Under the pieces are notes generated by a model that was not told the DNA's origin, did not search any database, and saw only the letters and a program-made list of their open reading frames with translations. Shown piece after piece: positions 46,674-54,981 of a DNA stretch of 54,981 bases. The DNA comes from Clostridia bacterium. GTDB taxonomy: Bacteria; Bacillota; Clostridia; UMGS1883. Every line of letters starts with the position of its first letter. Positions within the stretch are counted from its first letter, which is position 1. Location: positions 1 to 54,981 of the forward strand of contig JAZLFH010000053.1 of assembly GCA_045615705.1 (NCBI GenBank). Direction: 5' to 3'. The position numbers and the translations under genes were made by a program.

Positions 46674-47595
46674 GATTTATTTTCAATTTATATTTATCTG
46701 TCATTACACTGTTTGCATAATATGAACCATCTTCATATACGAATAAAAATCCTATGTCGTCCTTTGCTATTTTTTCTGCTTTCTCTTTTCCCAAGATGAA
46801 AAAAATAGTCGAAAATGCATCTGCTTGCGTGTCATTTTCCGTTACGACCGTTACGGATACTACGCTTGTTTCTACGGGATAGCCGGTTTTTGTGTCAAGT
46901 ATATGGTGATATTTTACACCGTTTTCTTCAAAATACCTCTCGTACGAACCCGAAGTTACAACAGATGCATCTTTTACGCTCATTGTGGCAAAAACCGACG
47001 AATCAAAAGGACTTTGAACGCCGACTTTGTATGGTCCGCCTATTAAAATTATATTCCCGCCGAGGTCAATAATTGCATCATGTTTTAAAAAACTCCTGAG
47101 TTTCGAGCCTATATATCCTTTTGCAATGGCACCAAGGTCAAGACGCCTGTTATTTAAATTAAAAGGTTCAAGAGAAATTTCTTCATACCCGACATTTAAA
47201 AGTGCGTTTTTTGTTTCTTCTTCCGTAGGTACTCTCGGACTTTTTGAAAAATGCCAAAGGCTCGTCAGCGGTTCTACCGTGATGTCAAACGCACCGCCGG
47301 ACAGTTTTGAATAGTAAATTCCCTCTTTTATAATTTCAAGTGTTTCATCGGACGGCGTTATTTTTTGACCGTTGTTTAAACGATAGATTTCGCTGTTTTC
47401 GTCCGTCCTTGAAAAAACAGATTCATACTTTTTTACAAGTTCTGCCGCTTCTTTTGCCTCTTTCTCATTTTTTTTGTCCATTTTAATTCTTATGTCGGTG
47501 TCAAGTGCAAAATCGTTAATCACCACGCTGTTTTCACAAGAACAAAGCGATAAACACACAAATATTAAACTAAAAAATATCACTAACTTTTTCAT
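46660..47595 (-). CDS. apbE: FAD:protein FMN transferase (ApbE family lipoprotein)
   Basis: Lipoprotein signal LSLCSC and the DLGAIAKGY motif. Confidence 0.8.
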   Translation of the reverse strand: MKKLVIFFSLIFVCLSLCSCENSVVINDFALDTDIRIKMDKKNEKEAKEAAELVKKYESVFSRTDENSEIYRLNNGQKITPSDETLEIIKEGIYYSKLSGGAFDITVEPLTSLWHFSKSPRVPTEEETKNALLNVGYEEISLEPFNLNNRRLDLGAIAKGYIGSKLRSFLKHDAIIDLGGNIILIGGPYKVGVQSPFDSSVFATMSVKDASVVTSGSYERYFEENGVKYHHILDTKTGYPVETSVVSVTVVTENDTQADAFSTIFFILGKEKAEKIAKDDIGFLFVYEDGSYYANSVMTDKYKLKINLDKQ

Positions 47596-47657
47596 GGTAA
47601 AGATTTTACATCTTTACTTTTAATTTGTAAAGATATAAAATATACACAGGTGTTTTT

Positions 47658-48002
47658 ATGATTAAAAAAGGTGATGTTTTAATTTTAATAGTTTGTTCCG
47701 TTATTCTTTTGGCATTTTTTATTCCAAAAGATGCCGGTAAAACAGTAAATATATACTCAAACGGCGAGTTAATAAAAAGTATTCCTCTTTCTGAGGATTA
47801 TGAGTTTGAGTTTCATTCAAAATACGGTTCAAATACCGTTGTTGTGGAAAATAAAAAAGCCTATATAAAAGATGCAACCTGTCCTGACAAGTTGTGTAAG
47901 CACCAAGGAGGAATAAATCAATCAGGTGCGGTTATAACTTGCCTGCCTAACAGGTTTTCTGTTGAAATATCGGGAAAGGAATATGATGCTGTATCAAGAT
48001 GA
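47658..48002 (+). CDS. NusG domain II-containing protein
   Basis: N-terminal TM helix and CPDKLCKHQG...ITCLPNRF, in the usual context next to a Gx transporter and ApbE. Confidence 0.65.
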   Translation: MIKKGDVLILIVCSVILLAFFIPKDAGKTVNIYSNGELIKSIPLSEDYEFEFHSKYGSNTVVVENKKAYIKDATCPDKLCKHQGGINQSGAVITCLPNRFSVEISGKEYDAVSR

Positions 48003-48496
48003 AAACAAAAAAACTCACTAAAATTGCAATACTTGCATCAGTATCCGTCTTGCTTGGATATGTCGAAACCCTTATTTCGCTTCCTTTCGCCGTACCCGGA
48101 GTTAAGATAGGATTATCAAACATTGCCGTTTTAATATCTATCTACTGTGTCGGCGGTTTAGGTGCATTTTTTGTATCTTTTATAAAGGTTTTAATCTGTG
48201 CGTTTCTTTTTTCGGGGTTTTCGGGCTTTTTGTACAGTTTTCTGGGTGCCGTTTTAAGTTTTACGGTAATGTACATTACTAAAAAAAGCCGTTTTTTTTC
48301 TCCGTGCGGAGTCGGTGCTTTGGGCGGGATTTTTCACAACTTGGGTCAAATTTTTACGGCAATGCTTCTTACTGAGAGTACCGGAGTTATTTACTATCTC
48401 CCCGTCTTGATTTTTTCGGGCGGGATGTTTGGATTTTTTACCGGTGCACTTACTTTTTTGATACTAAAAAGACTTTTTGGGAGTGAATTAAAATGA
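47999..48496 (+). CDS. Gx transporter family membrane protein (heptaprenyl diphosphate synthase component I-like)
   Basis: 165 aa with five TM helices. ATGA overlaps with its neighbours. Confidence 0.6.
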   Translation: MKTKKLTKIAILASVSVLLGYVETLISLPFAVPGVKIGLSNIAVLISIYCVGGLGAFFVSFIKVLICAFLFSGFSGFLYSFLGAVLSFTVMYITKKSRFFSPCGVGALGGIFHNLGQIFTAMLLTESTGVIYYLPVLIFSGGMFGFFTGALTFLILKRLFGSELK

Positions 48497-49197
48497 AAAA
48501 TGTTTTTATAACCGGCGGTTCAAGAGGCATAGGGAAAGAACTTGTTCGCATTTTTTCAAAAAACGGCTATCGAGTAGGCTTTTGCTATAACAAAAACGAA
48601 GAGTCCGCAAAAAAACTCTCTGTTGAAACAAAAGCATTCTGTTATAAGGCCGATGTTTCAAAAGAGGAAGAAATCACAAGTGCAATACGAGATTTCGGCT
48701 CTGTAAATATTTTAATAAACAACGCCGGTATTTCAAAAGGCGGAGTTTTTACATCTCTTTCAACAGGTGAAATCAAAGAAATTATGGACACAAACTTTTT
48801 AGGCAGTGTTTTTGCAATCAGGACTGTATATGACGACATGGTAAAAAGAAAAAGCGGAAGGATTATAAACATTTCTTCCATGTGGGGCAGTACAGGTGCT
48901 TCGTGTGAGGCGTATTATTCCGCTTCAAAAGGTGCATTGGATGCTCTTACGAAGTCGCTTGCAAAAGAACTCGGACCCTCCGGCATTACCGTAAATGCCA
49001 TCGCCCCGGGAGTTGTTGATACCGATATGAACAAATGCTACACCGATTCAGATATTGACGCTTTAAAAGAGGAAATACCGCTCGGGAGAATTTCGCTTCC
49101 CGAAGAAATTGCAAAAGTCGCTCTTTTTCTCGCATCGGATGCTGCGTCATACATCACGGGTCAAATAATAGGTGTGAACGGCGGAATGGTTATATGA
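48493..49197 (+). CDS. SDR family oxidoreductase (FabG-like)
   Basis: TGGSRGIGKE, NNAG, and YSASKGAL catalytic motif. Confidence 0.85.
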   Translation: MKNVFITGGSRGIGKELVRIFSKNGYRVGFCYNKNEESAKKLSVETKAFCYKADVSKEEEITSAIRDFGSVNILINNAGISKGGVFTSLSTGEIKEIMDTNFLGSVFAIRTVYDDMVKRKSGRIINISSMWGSTGASCEAYYSASKGALDALTKSLAKELGPSGITVNAIAPGVVDTDMNKCYTDSDIDALKEEIPLGRISLPEEIAKVALFLASDAASYITGQIIGVNGGMVI

Positions 49198-49868
49198 GTA
49201 AATTTGTGCTTTCTCCACGGCTCTTGTCATTGATTTCGCTTTCGCAAGGCTCATGCATAGCCGATATCGGTTGCGACCACGGATATGTCGCTATTGCCCT
49301 TAAAAAGAGCGGAAAATTTGAAAAGGTTATCGCCTCGGATATAAAAAAGGGTCCGCTTTCCTCAGCAAAAAAGAACATAAGGCTGTCCGGCGAAGATGTT
49401 GAAACACGCCTTTCAAACGGACTCTTGAATTTTAAAAGCGGTGAAATTGACAGCGTAGTCATAGGTGGAATGGGCGGAATGGTTATATGTTCGATTTTAG
49501 AAAGTGCCGACCTTGAAAAAATAAGGTTTTTGACACTTCAACCAATGACCGATATGTATCTCGTCAGAAAATGCGTGCACTCTCTCGGCTATAAAATAAC
49601 ATCGGAAGACCTTTCTTTGGAAAATGACAAACTCTATTCGGTTATTGCCTGTGAAAAAGGACAAGACAGTCCGTACAGCGAACTCGAATACCACATCGGG
49701 AAAAAGTTTTTGGACAAGAGATATTTTGATGTGTTAATTAAAAAGAATCTAAAACGCTTTAAAAATCGTTATGAAGGACTTTTAAAAGAAAAAAACACAG
49801 ATGATAAACAGATTTCATACTACAAAAATCTTATAGATGAAACGGAGATGCTTGAAAATGAAAATTAA
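49194..49868 (+). CDS. trmK: tRNA (adenine22-N1)-methyltransferase TrmK
   Basis: LSPRLLSLISL...IADIGCDHGYVAI N-terminus. Conserved pairing with the Nif3-family gene downstream. Confidence 0.8.
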   Translation: MSKFVLSPRLLSLISLSQGSCIADIGCDHGYVAIALKKSGKFEKVIASDIKKGPLSSAKKNIRLSGEDVETRLSNGLLNFKSGEIDSVVIGGMGGMVICSILESADLEKIRFLTLQPMTDMYLVRKCVHSLGYKITSEDLSLENDKLYSVIACEKGQDSPYSELEYHIGKKFLDKRYFDVLIKKNLKRFKNRYEGLLKEKNTDDKQISYYKNLIDETEMLENEN

Positions 49869-50628
49869 AGAAATTTGTGAATTTTTAAATCAAAAAGCAC
49901 CCGAAAGTTTGGCACTTGATTTCGATAATGTGGGACTTTTGGTGGGAAAAGATGACCGAGAGGTAACTAAAATTTTATTCTGTCTTGATTGTGATGAATT
50001 TGTTGTAAAAGAAGCTAACGAAAAAGGTGCGGAACTTATCGTAACGCATCACCCCATTATTTTTAATCCCTTAAAATCCGTTACCGATAAAACTCCCGTA
50101 GAAAGGGCTGTCCTTTTCGCCATAGAAGAAAAAATAGCTATATATTCAATGCACACAAACCTTGATGCCGTAAAAGGCGGTCTTAACGACTACTTTTTTA
50201 AGATGCTCGGCATAACTTCTCAAAAGCCTCTTTGCGATGATTTTACAGGAAGAATTGTTACCCTAAAAAAAACTATTACCGTAAATGATTTGGTAAATAA
50301 AATAAAAGATGCATTTAACCTTAAATTTGTGAGAACAACCGCAAAAAAAGACCGTGAAATCCAAACAATAGCACTGTGTACCGGTGCGGGAGGATTTGTG
50401 TATAAAGATGCACTTAATAAGGGTGCAGATGTATTTATTACAGGTGATACCAAGCACTCCGATACCCGTGATGCACACTTTTCAGGTATGGATATAATAG
50501 AAATTTCGCACTATGACAGTGAAAAAATATCTGCTTATCTCGTTAAAAAGTGGGTTGATGAGAAATTTACTGATAAAATAGAAACTTTTATTTCATCATC
50601 TAATTGCGATGTGTTTAATATTCTTTGA
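49858..50628 (+). CDS. Nif3-like dinuclear metal centre protein
   Basis: FDNVGLLVG, ELIVTHHPIIF and HTNLD motifs. The ATG at 49858 (MKIKEICEFL) is preferred. Confidence 0.85.
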   Translation: MKIKEICEFLNQKAPESLALDFDNVGLLVGKDDREVTKILFCLDCDEFVVKEANEKGAELIVTHHPIIFNPLKSVTDKTPVERAVLFAIEEKIAIYSMHTNLDAVKGGLNDYFFKMLGITSQKPLCDDFTGRIVTLKKTITVNDLVNKIKDAFNLKFVRTTAKKDREIQTIALCTGAGGFVYKDALNKGADVFITGDTKHSDTRDAHFSGMDIIEISHYDSEKISAYLVKKWVDEKFTDKIETFISSSNCDVFNIL

Positions 50629-50653
50629 CAATGAAGTTGTTTTGTGATATACT
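50625..50653 (+). promoter_or_regulatory. sigma-A promoter TTGACA-17-TATACT (extended -10) for rnpB
   Basis: Hexamers at 50625-50630 and 50648-50653. Confidence 0.7.
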
Positions 50654-50658
50654 CTTGT

Positions 50659-51001
50659 AGCGAGTAAGCCAAGCGGTCGCGGGGGCAATTTATTTGTCAA
50701 TGAGGAAAGTCCGAGCTCCATAGGGCAAGGGTGCCGGGTAACTCCCGGTGGAGGCGACTCTAAGGAAAGTGCAACAGAAATAAACCGCCGATTCTTTCGG
50801 TAAGGGTGGAAAGGTGGAGTAAGAGCCCACCGACACTGCGGTAACGCGGTGTGCCATGTAAACCCCATCCGGAGCAACACCTTATAGGAGAGGTTAAGTC
50901 TGCCCGGCGTCTCTCGGGAAGGTGGCTGGAGCCGTGTAGAGATACACGGCGTAGATAGATGACCGTTTAATACAGAACTCGGCTTACAGACTTACTCGCT
51001 T
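50659..51001 (+). ncRNA. rnpB: RNase P RNA
   Basis: Universal GAGGAAAGTCCGAGC (P4 5' strand) and ACAGAACTCGGCTTACAG (P4 3' strand). The P1 pairing is GCGAGTAAG...CTTACTCGC. Confidence 0.9.
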
Positions 51002-51006
51002 AATTT

Positions 51007-51035
51007 AAATCCGCTAATAAGCGGATTTTTGTTTT
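51007..51035 (+). terminator. intrinsic terminator after rnpB
   Basis: AAATCCGC-TAATAA-GCGGATTTTTGTTTT. Confidence 0.75.
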
Positions 51036-51054
51036 AAAAATAAAATATTTTTTC

Positions 51055-51083
51055 TTGACAAAGCCTGAAAATATTGTTATACT
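51055..51083 (+). promoter_or_regulatory. sigma-A promoter TTGACA-17-TATACT (extended -10) for the tRNA-Ser pair
   Basis: Hexamers at 51055-51060 and 51078-51083. Confidence 0.7.
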
Positions 51084-51097
51084 CGTTATGTTCACGC

Positions 51098-51184
51098 GGA
51101 GAGGTGTCCGAGTGGTTTAAGGAGCTGGTCTTGAAAACCAGTGACTCGAAAGAGCCAAGAGTTCGAATCTCTTCCTCTCCGCCA
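51098..51184 (+). tRNA. tRNA-Ser(TGA)
   Basis: GGAGAGGTGTCCGAGTGG..., anticodon loop CTTGAAA, long variable arm, ...GAGTTCGAATCTCTTCCTCTCCGCCA. Confidence 0.9.
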
Positions 51185-51230
51185 AATTTGATTACAACTT
51201 AATTTATATATTTTCGGCTTTACCTGATAC

Positions 51231-51322
51231 GGAGAAGTACTCAAGCAGGTCGAAGAGGCGCCCCTGCTAAGGGCGTAGGCCGGGTAACCGGCGCGAGGGT
51301 TCGAATCCCTCCTTCTCCGCCA
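51231..51322 (+). tRNA. tRNA-Ser(GCT)
   Basis: GGAGAAGTACTCAAGCAGG..., anticodon loop CTGCTAA, long variable arm, ...GGTTCGAATCCCTCCTTCTCCGCCA. Confidence 0.9.
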
Positions 51323-51326
51323 TAAG

Positions 51327-51368
51327 AGCGTGATAATATTACTGTAAGTGATGTTATCACGCTTTTTT
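51327..51368 (+). terminator. intrinsic terminator after tRNA-Ser(GCT)
   Basis: AGCGTGATAA-loop-TTATCACGCT plus TTTTT. Confidence 0.7.
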
Positions 51369-51531
51369 ATGCGGTTTTTGAGGGTTTGTATCCAACATCT
51401 GAAAACCTTGATTTTCTTTACTGTCGGGGAATTTTGTTGAGGATATGAACCACAGTCCGACTTAATATCAATTTCAAAGCATGGAGAAAAAATCTCTGTG
51501 CTTTTTGTTTTGAAATTAAGGAGGAAAATCA

Positions 51532-52299
51532 ATGAAAAAATTAAAGGGAAACTTTACAACAATACCAAACGAATACATAACGGATAAAAATTTAGATTGC
51601 TTTGAATACAGAATACTCTGCTACCTCTGCAAATTATCGGATGAAGATAATTCAGCATATCCGTCATACGAAACAATCGCAAGAGAAACGAATATCAGCC
51701 TCTCCAAGACGAAAAAATCAATTGAAAGACTAATTACACTAAAATACATTTCAAAGAAGCAGAGAAAGAAAACAAACGGCAGTTCTGCATCTAATCTGTA
51801 TATGGTGTTTGAGAAAACCGGTTCGGATGATGTATCGGTTTTGGAAAAACCAACGGACAGGCTTTCCAAAAACCAAGACAACGGTGTTTTAAAAATACCG
51901 GGTAGTGTTTGTGATGACCGCAATAAATACATAAATAAAAATATTAATATTTTTAATAATAATCAATCATCATCAATAGATGGGATTTTGGAAAAAGCAG
52001 AAATAGAAAATCTTAACGGAAGATTGTATTCGGAATTTAAGACCGCCATTGAAAAGATGTATAATCAAAAATATATTATCGTTTCGGGCGAAAAGATTAT
52101 GCAGGAGAATGTGCGAAGAAGATTAGAAAATATCAGTTATGAGCATATCTGTTTTGTGGATAATAATATGCCGAGAATTGTTTTGGAAAATCATACAATC
52201 AAGAAAAATGTTGCAAGTCCTGTCCCGTATATTATCTCTGCTTTGTATAACGCACTTGAATTTACAAAAGATGAAATAATCGCTATGGAATTCAGTTGA
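51532..52299 (+). CDS. winged-helix/HTH protein, replication-initiator (RepA_N/DnaD-like) type
   Basis: NFTTIPNEYITDKNLDCFEYRILCYLCKLSDEDNSAYPSYETIARETNISLSKTKKSIERLITLKYI matches the RepA_N-like pattern of Firmicute mobile elements. GGAGGAAAATCA RBS. Confidence 0.5.
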   Translation: MKKLKGNFTTIPNEYITDKNLDCFEYRILCYLCKLSDEDNSAYPSYETIARETNISLSKTKKSIERLITLKYISKKQRKKTNGSSASNLYMVFEKTGSDDVSVLEKPTDRLSKNQDNGVLKIPGSVCDDRNKYINKNINIFNNNQSSSIDGILEKAEIENLNGRLYSEFKTAIEKMYNQKYIIVSGEKIMQENVRRRLENISYEHICFVDNNMPRIVLENHTIKKNVASPVPYIISALYNALEFTKDEIIAMEFS

Positions 52300-52385
52300 A
52301 AAAATATTTAAAAAGTTTTGATTTCTTTATAGACTTGTGAAAAAACTTGTGGTATGTTTGTGTTCAAAGAAAGGACTGATGAAAT

Positions 52386-52880
52386 ATGAAAACAAGATTG
52401 ATAGTCACGGTAGTAGTCGCCCTACTACTTGCCAATCAAACAACCGTTGATGATACAAATCAACCGAAGATTATTATGGAAAATGAAATTAAAAATGAAG
52501 TTATTGAAACAGAAAATTATGATAAAGATGATAAGATTGAATTGGAGATTGAGGAAAATGTCATAGCTGAAAAACAAACTAAAAAAGTCAAAAACTCCTC
52601 CACTTCTTCTGCTCCAATAACCCAAGAAGTCAGACAAGTTGATTCGGTAGTTGATAAGCAAGTTGTTACGGAAGATAGTACGAAAGTTGTTATGCAAGAT
52701 ATTACCGAAGATGGTAGCGAAGATGGTACGGGAGTTGATACCACAACTACTCAATCTACATCAGAAGGCAACTTGGAATATGTTGAAGGATTCGGATATG
52801 TACCCTGTGGCAAACCAACTGTATGTATAACAGTACATTCAGATGGCGACATAAATAAAATGGTCGGAACTATGGATTAA
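52386..52880 (+). CDS. hypothetical secreted acidic protein (164 aa)
   Basis: N-terminal signal-like helix LIVTVVVALLLA and a Glu/Asp/Thr-rich body. No family recognised. Confidence 0.45.
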   Translation: MKTRLIVTVVVALLLANQTTVDDTNQPKIIMENEIKNEVIETENYDKDDKIELEIEENVIAEKQTKKVKNSSTSSAPITQEVRQVDSVVDKQVVTEDSTKVVMQDITEDGSEDGTGVDTTTTQSTSEGNLEYVEGFGYVPCGKPTVCITVHSDGDINKMVGTMD

Positions 52881-52939
52881 AATTAAACTGTGAACAGTCG
52901 AAAATTTCGGCTGTTTTTTTGACCGCTTCGGACGAGTGC

Positions 52940-53145
52940 GTAGCAATTAAAGAAAGGAAGCAGGATAAAGCTTGGTGCGATATTCGCACCGTAGCAGGCT
53001 AACATCGCCGTGCAAAGCCCTGCGTGGTTATTTTAAAAGTGCATCTGTGGTGCTGTTATTGGTGCTGTATGGCAAACTTTCTGCACGGTTGAGCCTTTTA
53101 TTTGGTGTATTCACAGGTGTGTAGGAATTTAAAGAAAGGAAAGTG
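52940..53145 (+). promoter_or_regulatory. candidate oriT region upstream of the relaxase gene
   Basis: A relatively GC-rich non-coding stretch with the inverted repeat GGTGCGA-TAT-TCGCACC (52974-52990), flanked by direct repeats AATTAAAGAAAGGAAG (52945-52960) and AATTTAAAGAAAGGAAAG (53126-53143). Confidence 0.35.
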
Positions 53146-53150
53146 ATAAA

Positions 53151-54281
53151 ATGAGCAAGGTTGTATTTAAATCACCGTATGCTAAAACAGGCAAGTCTGT
53201 CGGCGGCAATTACACAAGCTATATAGCAAAGCGTGATAGGGTTGACAAGAGTATAAATGCGAAAAAGGTTGAAATAAATCTAAGATATATTGCAACAAGA
53301 CCTCGTGTTGAAAAGGTTGGTGAACACGGTTTGTTCGGTCAGGAGGACAACATAAACTTACAAAAAGCATCGGCTGATATACGAAATCACAACGGAATAG
53401 TCTGGATGCCAATCATATCTTTGACAAGAGAAGATGCTGACAGGTTGGGATATAATAACGCCGAAAGCTGGCGGACATTGCTTCGGTCAAAGCAGTTTGA
53501 AATAGCAGATGCATACCACATACCTGTCGATGATTTGGTTTGGTATGCAGCGTTTCATGATGAAAGCTACCACCCTCATATACATATGATTGTATATAAC
53601 AAGAACCCGGGCAGCGAATATCTGTCCAAAAAATCCTGTAACGATATGCGTGAAATGCTTACGAAAATAATTTTTAAGGACGACCTAAAGCAGATTTATG
53701 ATGAAAGGCAGTCGATCCGTGACCAAATTATTGATGAAGTATATGAGAAAATGAATGACTTTCAAATGGATATTGATGTGGCAAGTGAAGAGTTTGTAAA
53801 AAGCCTTAATGAGTTAAAATTTGAACTTGCCGGCTATAAAGGCAAGAAAAATTATAGGTTTATATCCCCTAAGCAAAAGGAAAAGGTAGATAAGTTAGTA
53901 CAAGTTGTCTGTCAAGATAACAACCTTCAAGCCCTGTATAATGAATGGTGCAGACTGCAGCTTGCACTGCAAAGGTATTACAGCAAAGAACCTAAAGAAT
54001 GCTTTGATACGCTTGAGAACAATGAAAACTTCAAAAAAAGATTACAAAATGCTGTACTGAAATCAGTTTTGAAAGACAATATGCAAGAGAATGTTTACAC
54101 AAATACAATCGATGCATCACCTATCTATAGCGATATTGTATTCAATCTTTGCAAGATGATTGAACACTCAACCGAGCATACCATCGAGGAGGGCTTCACA
54201 AAATCAATTGTTGATTCAAGGGAAAGAGAGAAAGAATTTAAACGAAATCAAGCGTTAGGAATACATATGGGAGGAATTTAA
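53151..54281 (+). CDS. relaxase/mobilisation nuclease-like protein
   Basis: The histidine triad region AAFHDESYHPHIHMIVYN (HxDExxHPHxH type) lies about 130 aa from the N-terminus, with candidate catalytic Tyr residues near the N-terminus (SPYAKTG, YTSYIAKRD). Confidence 0.55.
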   Translation: MSKVVFKSPYAKTGKSVGGNYTSYIAKRDRVDKSINAKKVEINLRYIATRPRVEKVGEHGLFGQEDNINLQKASADIRNHNGIVWMPIISLTREDADRLGYNNAESWRTLLRSKQFEIADAYHIPVDDLVWYAAFHDESYHPHIHMIVYNKNPGSEYLSKKSCNDMREMLTKIIFKDDLKQIYDERQSIRDQIIDEVYEKMNDFQMDIDVASEEFVKSLNELKFELAGYKGKKNYRFISPKQKEKVDKLVQVVCQDNNLQALYNEWCRLQLALQRYYSKEPKECFDTLENNENFKKRLQNAVLKSVLKDNMQENVYTNTIDASPIYSDIVFNLCKMIEHSTEHTIEEGFTKSIVDSREREKEFKRNQALGIHMGGI

Positions 54282-54283
54282 CC

Positions 54284-54640
54284 GTGAAAAAAGAAAAAAT
54301 GACATTCAATGTTACACCGGAAATCAAAAATGAAATAAAAAATTATGTTGAAAATCTCGGATATAAAAGCGAAAGTGCATTTTGTAATGAAGCAATCAAT
54401 GAATATCTTGCCAAACTTCACTATAACAATATCGGAGATTACATAAATAAGGTGTTGGTTCAGGCGGTAGATGCAACAATAGAACATCATACAAACAGAG
54501 TATCCGATATGCTTTTTAAACTTGCAGTGAGCATTGAAAAGCAGAATTTAATCATAAGTCAGGCATATCAAGGTTACTATGAAGATGAAATTGAGGAAAT
54601 CGCAATAGAAAATGTAAAGAAAAGACACGGGAAAATTTAA
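54284..54640 (+). CDS. hypothetical protein (118 aa), possible relaxosome accessory/RHH-like
   Basis: The GTG at 54284 lies 9 nt after GGAGG and directly follows the relaxase gene. MTFNVTPEIKNEIKNYVENLG resembles a ribbon-helix-helix N-terminus. Confidence 0.4.
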   Translation: MKKEKMTFNVTPEIKNEIKNYVENLGYKSESAFCNEAINEYLAKLHYNNIGDYINKVLVQAVDATIEHHTNRVSDMLFKLAVSIEKQNLIISQAYQGYYEDEIEEIAIENVKKRHGKI

Positions 54641-54696
54641 TTGCTTTTTGTCGAAAGATATGTTAAAATATATACATAGAAATCGGAGGTTTAGCT

Positions 54697-54981
54697 ATGG
54701 ATAGTAATGATAAAATTCAATTATTTGAAGATAAAAAAATCAGAACTGCATGGAATGAAGAAACGGAAGAATGGTATTTTTCAATTGTCGATGTAGTCGG
54801 AGTATTAACCGACCAATCAAGTCAAAGAGGTGCGAGCAACTATTGGGCAAAACTTAAAGAACGGCTTAAAAATGAGGGTGCGGATCAACTGCTGACAAAT
54901 TGTCAGCAGTTGAAAATGACGGCGGCAGATGGTAAAAAGCGACTTACTGATGTTGCTGATACCGAGCAACTGCTTCGCATT
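54697..54981 (+). CDS. Bro-N/KilA-N-like DNA-binding protein (5' part, continues beyond window)
   Basis: GGAGG RBS. FEDKKIRTAWNEETEEWYFSIVDVVGVLT matches the Bro-N pattern. The frame is open to the window end. Confidence 0.5.
   Translation, partial: MDSNDKIQLFEDKKIRTAWNEETEEWYFSIVDVVGVLTDQSSQRGASNYWAKLKERLKNEGADQLLTNCQQLKMTAADGKKRLTDVADTEQLLRI

Larger units (their letters stand above)
51369..54981. mobile_element. left part of a mobilisable integrated element adjacent to tRNA-Ser(GCT) (continues beyond window)
   Basis: A RepA_N/HTH-like gene, a relaxase-like gene with an upstream inverted repeat, and a Bro-N-like gene lie immediately after a tRNA gene pair. No integrase is present inside the window. 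Confidence 0.5.

Noticed and set aside
46423-46725. 100-aa plus-strand ORF
   Set aside because: It lies antisense to the T-box leader and the apbE 3' end. It has no RBS, and the leader explains the conservation-like structure.
50596-51532. ORFs 50596-50880 and 51092-51532 on the minus strand
   Set aside because: They lie antisense across RNase P RNA and the two tRNA-Ser genes. The RNA genes fully explain the sequence.

Overview
This is about 55 kb of low-GC chromosome from a spore-forming Firmicute (Clostridia-like). The evidence for that is a spoIIGA-sigE-sigG operon, SLH-domain and copper-amine-oxidase-like cell-surface proteins, and a T-box leader. All homology calls come from motifs read by eye in the supplied translations. 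I ran no alignments or HMM searches.

Most of the window is ordinary core content:
- Mn catalase, a GNAT acetyltransferase and an aldo/keto reductase
- an mtaD/nucleosidase/deoxyribosyltransferase cluster
- an aminotransferase with an Lrp-type regulator, and radC
- an EF-G paralogue
- an FHA-RodA-PBP cluster
- an acyl-CoA synthetase, and a T-box-controlled trpB2
- apbE, trmK, a Nif3-family gene (nif3) and rnpB
- four intact tRNAs

Three mobile-DNA junctions are visible:
1. Positions 1-2270 are the right end of an element integrated into a tRNA-Ser(CGA) gene. A 61-nt 3' tRNA fragment marks the boundary.
2. Positions 12719-23728 are an island of about 11.0 kb carrying two large serine recombinases. 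It splits one copy of a tRNA-linked repeat of about 200 bp next to tRNA-Leu(TAA).
3. A mobilisable element starts just after tRNA-Ser(GCT). It carries a relaxase-like gene, a RepA_N-like HTH gene and a candidate oriT.

The best candidate for an undescribed system is the cargo of island 2. It is a five-gene operon driven by a single promoter, with every gene translationally coupled to the next: AbiEi, AbiEii, a 496-aa TerB_N-like protein, an SbcD/Mre11-like nuclease and an SbcC/Rad50-like ATPase.

Other items worth a second look:
- a 7-unit GC-rich hairpin repeat array (2815-3215) that runs into the RBS of a coupled orphan gene trio
- the tRNA-linked repeat family itself (five loci in the window)
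- two candidate small or leader RNAs that have both a promoter and a terminator
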